Shown in pieces: positions 25,864 through 35,524 of a DNA stretch of 61,982 nt. Both the position numbers and the translations under genes were made by a program. Positions within the stretch are counted from its first letter, which is position 1; each line of letters starts with the position of its first letter. The DNA comes from Thermoplasmata archaeon (GTDB taxonomy: Archaea > Thermoplasmatota > Thermoplasmata > Lutacidiplasmatales > UBA184), in the NCBI GenBank assembly GCA_028864975.1, contig JAGWLG010000019.1, positions 1-61,982 of the forward strand. The letters run 5' to 3'. A model generated the notes under the pieces. The model searched no databases. It was not told the DNA's origin and saw nothing but the letters and a program-made list of their open reading frames with translations.

Positions 25864-26541
25864 TCAGACCCTCGACAACCCGCGGAGCAGGCGCTTCCCC
25901 GCGTTCTTGAGGGAGATCCGCACGCGTCCCTCGAGCCCCTGGCTGCGCCCCTCGCCTTGGGTGTGGCCATGTCGCAGGAGCTCCAGCAGGTCTTCCGCGT
26001 TCCTGACCTCGCCGGAAAAGCGCGTGAAGCACCGACCGATGCTCCCGCGTTCATGGGCGTCGCTTCCCCCGGTCGCCGCGACCTGGCGCGAGGCCGCGAC
26101 GACCCCGGCCTTCGCGTTCGGCACTTCGGAGTTGCGACCGTTCATGGTCTCGATCCCGAGCACGCGCGAGGTGCGGGCGAGCTCCTTCCCCACCCCGTGA
26201 GCCCAGCGGTACGGGTGCGCGAGGACGGGAACCCCGCCCAACCGAGCCACCTCGTCCAAGGTCTCGGCCAGGGGACGGTGGGCGGCGGGGGCCTTCTCGA
26301 TGCCGTAGACCAGGAGGTGGCCCTCCCGGGTCGAGACCTCGACCCCGGGGAGCAGGAGGAAACCGGGGGCGCTCTCGAACGCCTTGCGCGCGGAAGGGAG
26401 GGCCGCGACGGAGTTGTGGTCCGTGATCGCCACCCCCTGGAGGCCCTGGACGAGGGCGTCTCGGAGCACGTCCTCGACGCTGAGGGAAGAGTCCTTCGAG
26501 GCGCGCGTGTGGACGTGAAGGTCGAACCGACCCCCCTGCAT
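25864..26541 (-). CDS. PHP-domain metal-dependent phosphoesterase
   Basis: DLHVHT, AITDHN, GVEVST..GHLL, LAHPY, GGSDAH. Start at ATG 26541. Confidence 0.9.
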   Translation of the reverse strand: MQGGRFDLHVHTRASKDSSLSVEDVLRDALVQGLQGVAITDHNSVAALPSARKAFESAPGFLLLPGVEVSTREGHLLVYGIEKAPAAHRPLAETLDEVARLGGVPVLAHPYRWAHGVGKELARTSRVLGIETMNGRNSEVPNAKAGVVAASRQVAATGGSDAHERGSIGRCFTRFSGEVRNAEDLLELLRHGHTQGEGRSQGLEGRVRISLKNAGKRLLRGLSRV

Positions 26542-26561
26542 GGAAGACGCGACCCTCCGGA

Positions 26562-28835
26562 CTATCGGACCTTGCCCCCGGGCGGCAGCGGTCGGTCGGG
26601 GGTGAGACAACCTCCCGTCGCAAGGACGAGTGCCTCGGAGCTGCCGGGGGTCGTACGGTCGAGCCAGGCGATCAAGAGGGGCGGTGCCCCGGGAGGGAGC
26701 TCGGCCGCGACCAGCCCCGCGCCGACGTCGAGCTCTCGGCCGTCCTTCGTCGCGGCCACAACGAGCCGAGCGCGTGCAAAGTCGTCGTACCGGATCGTCG
26801 GGAGCGCCGAGGCGATGCCGCGAAGGGGGGTCCCCGGCGGGGTCCCGCTCGGCGCCGTCAGCACGGCCACCGTGGCCCCGGCCTCCGCGGCCAGGATCAT
26901 CCCCTGGGAGGTGACCCCGCGCAGCGGCCGAGGCTCCAGGTTCGAGAGGACCGCGACGAGCTTGCCGCGAAGCTCCTCCGGCTTGTAGAACGGCTTGATG
27001 CCGGCGACGAGGATCCGAGGGTTGCCCTCCCCCAGGTCGACCTTGAGGACGTAGAGCTTGTCGGCCTTCGGGTGGTCGGCCACCTCGACGACCGAGCCGA
27101 CGCGGATGTCGAGCGCCGGGGCTCCGGCCGGCGAGGTCGCTCCCGACGTCGGGCGGGAGGGCATAGCAGCGGCCGTGGGCTTGGAGGCGGCCTTGGCCGT
27201 GAGGAGCTTCGGGAAGAGCGGGGCGACCTCCCCCAGGGTCGTCCCTGGGGTCGGAGGGGAGAGCGCGCGCGACCAGGCCCCCGGGCCCAGGAGCTCCGGG
27301 GCTCCCAGCATCTGGGAGATCCTCTCGGAGGAGAAGGGCAGGAAGGGCGCCAGGAGCACGCTCGCCGTTCGCAGGAGCCAGAGCGTCTCGTAGATGGCGA
27401 GGTCCCGCTCCGTGCCCTGGAGGCTCCACGGCTTGCTCTCGTGGAAGTACTGGTTCCCCTGCCGCACGAGCTCGAGGGCCCGGTCGAGCGCCTCCTTGAG
27501 CTCCACTTTTTCGAAGTGTTCCGTGCACTCGGCGTGAGCCGTGCGGATCTTCTTCCCCAGCTCGCTCTGGTCGCTCGACCACCCCGGAGGGGGTGAAGGG
27601 ACCTTCCCCCCGTATCGGTCGCGGGTGAAGGTCAGGCAGCGTTGCACCAGGTTCCCCCACTGGTCCGCGAGGATCTGGTCGTGGTCCTGCGAGAGGTCCT
27701 TGGGGTCGAACTCGGTGTCGTGGTTCTGGGGGGCATGGTAGGCGGCATAGAACCTGATGGTCTCCGGAGAGAACCGCGCCAGCAGGTCGGGCAGGAAGAC
27801 CGAGGTCGAGGGGTCGGTCTCCGACTTCGAGAGCTTCTCCCCCCCGATGTTCAGGAACTCGTTGGCGGGGACATCGTAGGGGAGCTGGAGCCCACCCACC
27901 CCCAGCAGGATCGCCGGCCAGATGATCGTGTGGAAGGTGATGTTGTCCTTGCCCATGAACTGGTAGACCCGGACGGCCTCCTTCGCATCCCAGAAGAGCT
28001 TCCACTGCTCGGGGTCTCCCTGCCGCAGCGCCCACTCCTTGGTCGCCGAGAGGTACCCGATCACGGCCTCGAACCAGACGTAGAGGCGCTTCTCGTCGTA
28101 CCCGTCCAGGGGGATGGGCACGCCCCAGGAGATGTCGCGGGTGATCGGTCGTGGGCGCAGCCCCTCCTTGACGTAATTCTCGGTGAACGAGCGCACCGAG
28201 GGGCGCCATCGGTCACGGACCCCGGCGTGGTAGTGCTGGAGCTGCTCCGTGAGCTTGGGGAGCAAGAGGTAGAAGTGCTCGGTCGGACGGAACTCCGCCG
28301 TCGTCCCGCAAAGCTTGCACCGCGGTCCCTGGAGCTCCTGCGGCTCGAGCACCCGGGAGCACTTCGGGCATTCGTCGCCTCGGGCCGAGGGGTTCGAGCA
28401 GTGGGGACAGGTGCCGGTCACGTACCGGTCGGGGAGGAAGCGCCGGTGCTTCGGACAGAAGGCCCCCTGGGAGGTCCTCTTCTCGACGTATCCTTCCTGG
28501 AGGAGGGTCAGGAAGACCTCCTGGGCGGTGCGCTCGTGGAGGGCCGTATGGGTGCTGGTGTAGGTGTCGAAGGAGAGACCGAGGGCACGGAAGGCCGCCA
28601 CGTTGACCTGGTGGTAGCGCTCCGCGATGACCTGGGGGGAGACCCCTTCCTGCTCAGCCCGGACGGTCGTCGGGGTACCATGCATGTCGGAGCCCGAGAC
28701 CATGACGACCTCGTCTCCGGTAAGCCGGTGGTAGCGCGCGAAGATGTCGGCGGGAAGCAGGTTCCCGGCGAGGTGGCCCAGGTGCTGGGGCCCGTTGGAA
28801 TAGGGCCATGCGACCCCGACGAGGATCCGGGACAT
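26562..28835 (-). CDS. metG: Methionyl-tRNA synthetase
   Basis: PYSNGPQHLGH, SGSDMHG, Zn-knuckle cysteines, YVWFEA, KLSKS, C-terminal tRNA-binding OB domain. Confidence 0.97.
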   Translation of the reverse strand: MSRILVGVAWPYSNGPQHLGHLAGNLLPADIFARYHRLTGDEVVMVSGSDMHGTPTTVRAEQEGVSPQVIAERYHQVNVAAFRALGLSFDTYTSTHTALHERTAQEVFLTLLQEGYVEKRTSQGAFCPKHRRFLPDRYVTGTCPHCSNPSARGDECPKCSRVLEPQELQGPRCKLCGTTAEFRPTEHFYLLLPKLTEQLQHYHAGVRDRWRPSVRSFTENYVKEGLRPRPITRDISWGVPIPLDGYDEKRLYVWFEAVIGYLSATKEWALRQGDPEQWKLFWDAKEAVRVYQFMGKDNITFHTIIWPAILLGVGGLQLPYDVPANEFLNIGGEKLSKSETDPSTSVFLPDLLARFSPETIRFYAAYHAPQNHDTEFDPKDLSQDHDQILADQWGNLVQRCLTFTRDRYGGKVPSPPPGWSSDQSELGKKIRTAHAECTEHFEKVELKEALDRALELVRQGNQYFHESKPWSLQGTERDLAIYETLWLLRTASVLLAPFLPFSSERISQMLGAPELLGPGAWSRALSPPTPGTTLGEVAPLFPKLLTAKAASKPTAAAMPSRPTSGATSPAGAPALDIRVGSVVEVADHPKADKLYVLKVDLGEGNPRILVAGIKPFYKPEELRGKLVAVLSNLEPRPLRGVTSQGMILAAEAGATVAVLTAPSGTPPGTPLRGIASALPTIRYDDFARARLVVAATKDGRELDVGAGLVAAELPPGAPPLLIAWLDRTTPGSSEALVLATGGCLTPDRPLPPGGKVR

Positions 28836-28932
28836 GGAAGCCTAACGAGAAGATGCGAGGAGAAAAAGGGCACCGGCCACGGGAGAGCCGGGAGCATCGG
28901 CCGTGGGGCTTGACGACCCTCACGTCCGAGCG

Positions 28933-29748
28933 TCAGGCCCCGGCGCCAACCCATCCCCAAGTGATCTCGAGCGAGTGACCGGTCCCGTACTTCTGCAGGA
29001 AGCAGGGCGGGACCGTCTGGGAGGTCCCGTACGAGGAGAGCTCGTAGTTCAGGACCTGCGCGGACCCCGTCGCCGCGACCTGCCCGTCGACCCATAGCCG
29101 CACGACCTGTCGAGCGTTCGAGGTGTAGTTGAAGATCTGAGCGCCGGTGTAGGAGACCGGTTCGGCGTTCCCGTTCACGCTCACGGTACTGTACGATTCA
29201 TGCCAGAGGTCGAAGAGATCTCTCAGCGTGTAGGTGAAGTTCCACGGTGAGGCGATGGTGAAAATCCCCCCGGGGTCCGACCCCGTACCGGTCGAGTTGT
29301 CTGTGAAGACCGGCATGTTGCAGCCGTTCGTGAACCCCCAGTCGCGGGCGGCCCGTGCCGGGCTGATCTCTCCGATGCCCCCAGGGAGGGTCACCGAGAC
29401 GCCTCCGATGACGATCGAGAGATGGATGTAGAGACGTTCGACCAATGCGTCCGACGCGTTGATGCACCAGGTGGGGGCGGACTCGTCCGGTACTCCTGAG
29501 CTCACCGGCGGCGGGCCGATCGAGAGGCAAGGGGGTGAGAACCCCCCCGAAGGCCCTGAGGAACACCCGGCTTTCTGGAACGGGCCGCATCCCGCCCCGC
29601 TCGCGAGGATCAGTACGAGGGCGATCACCGCGGCCACCACGACCGCCCCCGCGGCGATGACGAAGGGGGTTCTGCGACGCGGCCGCGGTGGAGGGGGCGG
29701 GAATGTGAAGGGGGGAGGAGGTGGAGGGAAGGTCGGCGGAACGCTCAT
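28933..29748 (-). CDS. Membrane-anchored exported hypothetical protein
   Basis: Pro-rich N-terminus, one TM segment, Cys-containing extracellular domain. Confidence 0.7.
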   Translation of the reverse strand: MSVPPTFPPPPPPFTFPPPPPRPRRRTPFVIAAGAVVVAAVIALVLILASGAGCGPFQKAGCSSGPSGGFSPPCLSIGPPPVSSGVPDESAPTWCINASDALVERLYIHLSIVIGGVSVTLPGGIGEISPARAARDWGFTNGCNMPVFTDNSTGTGSDPGGIFTIASPWNFTYTLRDLFDLWHESYSTVSVNGNAEPVSYTGAQIFNYTSNARQVVRLWVDGQVAATGSAQVLNYELSSYGTSQTVPPCFLQKYGTGHSLEITWGWVGAGA

Positions 29749-30072
29749 CCCGGTTCGGATGGGTCAGCCACGGGGAGCATCTTGAATCCAGCGGGGGAGC
29801 ACCATGGACGGCGGCCGCGGAAGGGGTTCGGGACCGCGGGAGTTCCGCGGTCCCTTCGGTTCAGGGCCGGAGCCCTAACGCTTCCCCTTCTTTCCCTTGG
29901 CCTTCTTCGCCATTTCTTTCTCGACCGACCTGCGCCGGTCCTGAGTGACCCACGGCGCTTCTCCTTCACATTCTTCTGTTCCTATGTGAACTCGGACCGT
30001 GTCGCTTGTCCCGTGGGGGACGGACACGGACCGACGCCAACCATTTTCAAGGTACGAAGGGTCGAGGTGGCC

Positions 30073-30321
30073 GTGAGCGTTGCCTTCGCCATCTGTCCGC
30101 GTTGCTCGAAGGTCCTCCAGGTCGAGGTGATCGACTGGCCGGGCGTGCCGGCGGAGATGGCGAGGCATCTCTCCGAGCACCTCGAAAAGGAAGAGGCGAG
30201 CTCGTCGAAGAGCGGAGCCCCCCTCAGCGGCGCAAGCGCCCTCGAGAGCGATCGGCGCCTTCCGCATAGCCTTCCGTCCCATCGGCCATCGCCCGACCGC
30301 CCCCACGGTCGCTCGCACTAG
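30073..30321 (+). CDS. Small zinc-finger-like protein (CPRC...HLSEH)
   Basis: GTG start after GAGGTGG; CxxC-x21-HxxxH. Confidence 0.5.
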   Translation: MSVAFAICPRCSKVLQVEVIDWPGVPAEMARHLSEHLEKEEASSSKSGAPLSGASALESDRRLPHSLPSHRPSPDRPHGRSH

Positions 30322-30570
30322 TACTGCCCCGAGACCTGCTCTAAGGGCAGGCCCTCCCTCCGAGGAACCCCGTGTCGAGAGGTCTCGGAGTAGTACCTTG
30401 CTGCACTCCGCAAGGGCGGCTGACCGGAGCTGCGCGGGCGGCGAGGTCGGACGTGGGTGAGACCGCGGAAGCGTAGGGCCGCGTGCCGCGCTTTCGCGTG
30501 GTGGTCGAAGGCCCCATGTTTGGCCGCCGCGAGTACGTATAAGAGCACGTTTCCCCCTATCGAAACCGGC

Positions 30571-33500
30571 ATGCGCCGACCGTTCCCCGGCCCTCTCGGT
30601 CCCACCTTTGGGGCAAGGTCCACCAGGGCCGGGGGAGGGCGCCGGCGGCGTGTGGCATCGGGCCGCAACAAGTTGAGCCCCACGGTCCGGGGCGTCCTCG
30701 TGCTCGGGGTGATGGGCTTGCTGGCTGTCTCGACCGCGCCGTGGGCCCTCCGCATCGGACCCGTCATTCCAGCCGCCACGCCACGTGCCGGACCTTCGCC
30801 GGTGCCCTCGATGGCCCGCCTCACGTCGGTCGCGGGCTCCGAGGTCGGGTCGTTCCTGCTCCCCTCATCGGCCTGTACGGCGGGGTACAACGGGACCTGC
30901 CCGCATCTCACCCCCTCGATCACTTCGAGCTCCCCGGTCATCTGTCGGGGTGGCTCCGCCTCCTGCCCTGGGGGGGCCCCCGACAATAGCCGTGTGACCC
31001 TCTGGGTGAACGCCACGGGCCACGAGTCGCTGGTCCCCCCCGTGATCCAGGTCGTGTTCGTCGTCGAGACCACCCCGTACGACGGGGTGTACGATGCGTC
31101 GGCGGGGGACCCCGGGACCGGGTGGTGCGGAGCACCCTGCAACGAGTCGAACGCGGTGCCCTTCTTTGTGGCGAACTCCGGACAGATCGCAACGGCGATC
31201 GCGAGCTCCTTCGGCGCGAGCACCAGCAGTTGCACCCCGGGGAGCCAAGAGGTGGTCTGTTTCGCGATGGTCGACTACTTCTCCACCGTCGGTGCGGACC
31301 ACGACGACGGGGACGGCTCGGAGTACAACCCCGACGTGACCACGTTCGTCCCCGCGGGGAGCTTCCAGTCGGCCGTCGCGGGCACGTTCCAGGCGCAGGT
31401 CCTGCAGGGCGGCTGGGTCCTACCCGACTCCGACCTCTCGGACAACATCCTCTCCAGTTCCTCGATCACCGCGCTCTACGGTGCACAGCGCGGCAGCGGT
31501 CTGGGGTGGGACTCGTCGGCCGACCACGTGCTGGTGCTCATCTCCTCCACCGCGCCGCGCGACAGCAACTACCTCGTGAACTATGCCGCGAGCTCTTCAG
31601 ACTATCCCAGCGGCATGAGCAGCGGATGCGAACCGGCCTACTTCTCTGGACAGCCGAACTGCTACAGCTGGGACAACGGGACGAGCTCGGTCGCCGGCTA
31701 CGCTCGGGCCAACAACATGGCCATCGACGTGATCGACCCCGCCAACGGGGTCACCAACGCGAGCTCGGGAGACTACCGGCACGTCGCGTCCGCCCAGACC
31801 GACGTCACGACGATCCTGCAGGCGGGCTGCGACCTGGCCACGGCGACCGGGGGAAGCTGGGAGGGACCGCACGGGAACTTCACCTGCGCCGCCTCCGCGA
31901 CCGGGACAGGGCACGGCAACCTGACCTGCATCACGGGCGGCTCCTGCATCACGAAGGGCACCGGGACGAACCCTGCGCGCGGGTGGTCGACCAACACCCC
32001 CTTAGGCTGGGCGCTGACCCACTTCAACCTGCCCGCGGGAGGACGCTCTTCGAACCTCACGGCCTCGGGCACGTCTCACGCCCCGTTCCAGTTCCTGCCG
32101 GCCGCCGGGCTCGTGATCAACGCCACGAACCCCGGCTACCAGGTCGTCGCCTGTTCGCGTACCGCGTCGAACCCACCCCTTCCGGGTCCCTGCAATGCCC
32201 TCCCCCTCGTGACCGGCCTCGGGCCTCAGCACAACGGGGTGGGGTGGGCCTGGCCGGACAACGCGATGTACCTCAACGACAGCTGGGCGATCTCCTTCAA
32301 CCTCGCGGCGAACGCTTCGTTCCCGACCTCGAAGCTCGGCCAAGCCCTCCCGCTCGACAGCTGTCAGAACCAGAGCTGGTGGCGAGGCTGCGCCCCCTAC
32401 TCCACGACCAGCTATTCGCAGCTCGACTACAATGCCTCGAACGGCGCCCCGGTGTCGCCGCCCCCCTCCTTCCCTCCGGCGTGGGTGAGCGTGGTCGCCA
32501 CCGTCGTACCGCTGGCGGCGACGGCCAGCTTCGTGTCGGGATCCGCCACCCCGCCGGACCCCGTCCAGTTCACAGGGACCGTCAGCGGGGGTCAACCCCC
32601 GTACACCTACCTCTGGAGCTTTGGCGACGGCTCGATCGGCTCCGCCGCCCTCGATCCGTCGCACACCTACAACGCCACCGGGACCTACCCCGCGCACTTC
32701 CTGGTCACGGACGCCGGGGGCGGACGAGCGGGCGCGTTCCTCAATGTTTCCGTGGGGACCGTTCCTCCCCTCACGGCCTCGGCCCAAGCCAACCCGACCG
32801 CGGGCGTTGCGCCTCTCGCCGTCCTGTTCTCCTCCTCGGCAGCTGGAGGTCGACCTCCCTACGCTTGGAGCTGGTCCTTCGGTGACGGCGGATCCGCCGC
32901 CACCCAGAACGCGACCCACACGTACTCGACCGTGGGCCAGTACGCCGTCGCCCTGACCGTGAGAGATGCCGCGGGGAGCGCCCTCACCCGTGGGCTGAAC
33001 GTGTCGGTCGAGCCCAACGCGCTCACGGCCTCGCTCCTGGCCACGCCCTCCAGCGGCACGCTCCCGCTCACCGTGGTCTTCAACGGTACGGCCGCCGGAG
33101 GGACCCCTGGCTACACGTTCTTGTGGGGGCTCGGGGACGGTTCCACCGGCTCGTTCGCTCGCAACCCGGTGCATGAGTACAACACCACCGGGACGTTCCA
33201 GGTGGACCTCACGGTCGCCGACCGTGCGGGCGCTTGGGTCCGCGTCTGGACGAACATTTCGGTCTCGACCTCGAGGGCCCCGTTGACGCTCTCGATCTCC
33301 GGGAGCCCGGTGAACGGGACGCCGCCGCTCCCCGTGCAGTTCCAGGCGAGCCCTCATGGCGGAGCCACACCGTACCTTCTCTCCTGGCGCTTTGCCGACG
33401 GGAGCCCGAGCGCGACCGGTCTCTCGCCGGCCCACACGTTCCAGATCGTGGGGACGTTCATCGTCAGAGCGTGGGCGAACGACTCATCGGTCCCCTCGCT

Positions 33501-34029
33501 CTCCGCGAACGCGACGCTCTGGATCACGGTGGGGGCGGGGGGTGGCGGGAGCTCGCCTTCGGTCACCCTCTCGGCGGTGCCCGACCCTGTGGCGGTCGGA
33601 GCCCCGCTGAACCTGAGCTCAGTGGCGAGCGGCGGTACCGCTCCCTACGCGTTCGCCTGGACGAACCTCCTCCCCGGCTGCCCGAGCGGGAGCCGTGCCG
33701 CGACTCTCCTCTGCGTGCCCACGCAGGCGGGCAACTTCTACGTCACCGTCATCGTGACCGACGCGGACGGGAAGACGGTCACCGCGACGACGGGTGTCGT
33801 GGTCGAAGCGCCCGCCCCCCCCGGGCCTCCGAACGGCCACACCATCGGACGGATCCTCGGCCAGGATCCTTGGATCGTTCTGACGGTCGTGGCGTTGCTC
33901 GTCTTGGCCACGGCCCTGATAGTCCTGTTCGCGCGAGGCAGGAAGAGGAAGGCCCTCACCGCACCCCAGGAAGGCCCGCTGCCGAGCCCTACGACGGCCC
34001 AGGGGAGCCCGACCTCCCCCAGCCCCTGA
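30571..34029 (+). CDS. Large surface protein: degenerate vWA-like domain, PKD repeats, C-terminal TM anchor
   Basis: Signal-like hydrophobic segment; four PPY/TPY..W.F(G/A)DG PKD-type repeats; TM followed by RGRKRK; TATAAG about 30 nt upstream of ATG 30571. Confidence 0.8.
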   Translation: MRRPFPGPLGPTFGARSTRAGGGRRRRVASGRNKLSPTVRGVLVLGVMGLLAVSTAPWALRIGPVIPAATPRAGPSPVPSMARLTSVAGSEVGSFLLPSSACTAGYNGTCPHLTPSITSSSPVICRGGSASCPGGAPDNSRVTLWVNATGHESLVPPVIQVVFVVETTPYDGVYDASAGDPGTGWCGAPCNESNAVPFFVANSGQIATAIASSFGASTSSCTPGSQEVVCFAMVDYFSTVGADHDDGDGSEYNPDVTTFVPAGSFQSAVAGTFQAQVLQGGWVLPDSDLSDNILSSSSITALYGAQRGSGLGWDSSADHVLVLISSTAPRDSNYLVNYAASSSDYPSGMSSGCEPAYFSGQPNCYSWDNGTSSVAGYARANNMAIDVIDPANGVTNASSGDYRHVASAQTDVTTILQAGCDLATATGGSWEGPHGNFTCAASATGTGHGNLTCITGGSCITKGTGTNPARGWSTNTPLGWALTHFNLPAGGRSSNLTASGTSHAPFQFLPAAGLVINATNPGYQVVACSRTASNPPLPGPCNALPLVTGLGPQHNGVGWAWPDNAMYLNDSWAISFNLAANASFPTSKLGQALPLDSCQNQSWWRGCAPYSTTSYSQLDYNASNGAPVSPPPSFPPAWVSVVATVVPLAATASFVSGSATPPDPVQFTGTVSGGQPPYTYLWSFGDGSIGSAALDPSHTYNATGTYPAHFLVTDAGGGRAGAFLNVSVGTVPPLTASAQANPTAGVAPLAVLFSSSAAGGRPPYAWSWSFGDGGSAATQNATHTYSTVGQYAVALTVRDAAGSALTRGLNVSVEPNALTASLLATPSSGTLPLTVVFNGTAAGGTPGYTFLWGLGDGSTGSFARNPVHEYNTTGTFQVDLTVADRAGAWVRVWTNISVSTSRAPLTLSISGSPVNGTPPLPVQFQASPHGGATPYLLSWRFADGSPSATGLSPAHTFQIVGTFIVRAWANDSSVPSLSANATLWITVGAGGGGSSPSVTLSAVPDPVAVGAPLNLSSVASGGTAPYAFAWTNLLPGCPSGSRAATLLCVPTQAGNFYVTVIVTDADGKTVTATTGVVVEAPAPPGPPNGHTIGRILGQDPWIVLTVVALLVLATALIVLFARGRKRKALTAPQEGPLPSPTTAQGSPTSPSP

Positions 34030-34238
34030 GCCGGCACGACCGCGATGGCGCACCCGCGCACGACGAGGGCGAAGGTCCGACCGGCCGGCGAGCGACCGCG
34101 GAGGGAGGTTGGTCCACACGGGGGACGGACCAACAGCTCACGGCGTGCTGAGGAGCCCCTGGCTCCGCGGTGCGCGTCCACGGCTCACGACCCACTCCGT
34201 GGGTCGAGGACGCGGCCGTGCCGCGGGCAGGGACGAGA

Positions 34239-34547
34239 TCACCGAGAGCCGTTCGGGAGGTGGTAGTACACCTTGTTCGCGCCGTCCCGCGTGCGGAGCA
34301 CGAGTCCGGTGCGGTTCAGCTCCTCCAGCGAGGCGGCGAGGTTGAACGTCCGATAGCCCATCAAGAGCGGGTTCCATGGCATGATCGCTTGGGTCCCCCG
34401 GACCGTGACCAGCTGGTCCGCGATCTCGTTGAACGTGTAGGCCTTCCCCGGAGAGTCGCGGAGGAAGTTCACGATCTCGCGTTGGGCATGGGGGAGTTCG
34501 TTCGTCGCAGGGGCGCGCTCGCGGAGGTCCTTGACGTCGATGGGCAT
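34239..34547 (-). CDS. Small winged-helix DNA-binding protein
   Basis: EIVNFLR..KAYTFNEIA..LEELNRTGLV..KVYY. Confidence 0.65.
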   Translation of the reverse strand: MPIDVKDLRERAPATNELPHAQREIVNFLRDSPGKAYTFNEIADQLVTVRGTQAIMPWNPLLMGYRTFNLAASLEELNRTGLVLRTRDGANKVYYHLPNGSR

Positions 34548-34836
34548 AGCTCACATTCTGGCCTTCTGGCCGTACTGGCCAGGTACCTGGCCATGCTAGA
34601 AGAACTTGCTGGCCAGGAGGATGAACGGAGCCTTGGCGACGTGCTGGCACGACGCTCTGCATGGGCACACACGGCTCCGCGGAAGAGCGCCAGGCCGAAC
34701 GTACCTTCGTGCTCCTCCTGGCGGATCGAGCGGGGGGTGGGACGCGGACCCTGACGGGTCAGGCACGGGTCGCGCTCTCCTGCGCCGGACCCGCGCCAAT
34801 CTCAAGACCTCCCTGGCGCTGAATACGGATGAGGGG

Positions 34837-35460
34837 GTGCCTTCGACGGCCGGTCCTAGCGTGATCCGCGCTCCGGGAACCGCCACCACTTCGGGTCCGG
34901 CGCTCCATGGTACCCTGGAGCCGAGGCCCTATCGGGTGCTCGTGGTGGACGACGACCTGGACCTTCGGGCCTTCCTCGGACAGGCGCTCACGTTCCAGAG
35001 CCCGTTCGACTGCTCCGCCGCGACCGAAGAGTCCCCGGCCCGCGCCTTCGAGGAGCTCTCCCGCGGCCACGTTGACATCGTGCTCTCCGACTGGCAGATG
35101 CCCGAGGAGGACGGCGTGAGCTTCCTGACGCGGGTCAAGGAGGCCCATCCTTCGGTCCTCCGACTGCTCATCACGGCGCACAGGGACCTCAAGGCGCTCT
35201 TGGGTGCGGTGACCGAAGCGGAAGTCGACGGGTACCTCGAGAAACCGATCAACGCGCAGCTCGCGCGCGACATGCTCTACGACGCGCTTCTCCGCCGTCA
35301 GCTCCGGACGAGGTCGGGTGGCGCTGAGACTTCGCCCAAGGAACGACCGTCCACGACGGAGGCGGTCCTCAAGGGCCTGCGAGCGCGAACGTCCCCCGGC
35401 GAGCCTCGGAAGACGCTCGGGCGCGTCAAGCGCCCGCTGGCGAGCCACGACTCGAGTTGA
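34837..35460 (+). CDS. Response regulator receiver-domain protein
   Basis: VLVVDDD, DIVLSDWQMP.EDG, LITA, YLEKP; start uncertain. Confidence 0.85.
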   Translation: MPSTAGPSVIRAPGTATTSGPALHGTLEPRPYRVLVVDDDLDLRAFLGQALTFQSPFDCSAATEESPARAFEELSRGHVDIVLSDWQMPEEDGVSFLTRVKEAHPSVLRLLITAHRDLKALLGAVTEAEVDGYLEKPINAQLARDMLYDALLRRQLRTRSGGAETSPKERPSTTEAVLKGLRARTSPGEPRKTLGRVKRPLASHDSS

Positions 35461-35524
35461 GGCCAGCCTTTCGGGGGATCTGCACCGCGGCCGCGCGACG
35501 CCCGACCCTCTTGACTAGGGCACT

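Noticed and set aside
25864-28209. 781-aa ORF as a large PHP fusion protein
   Set aside because: The upstream part is an off-frame shadow of metG; the real PHP gene starts at 26541.
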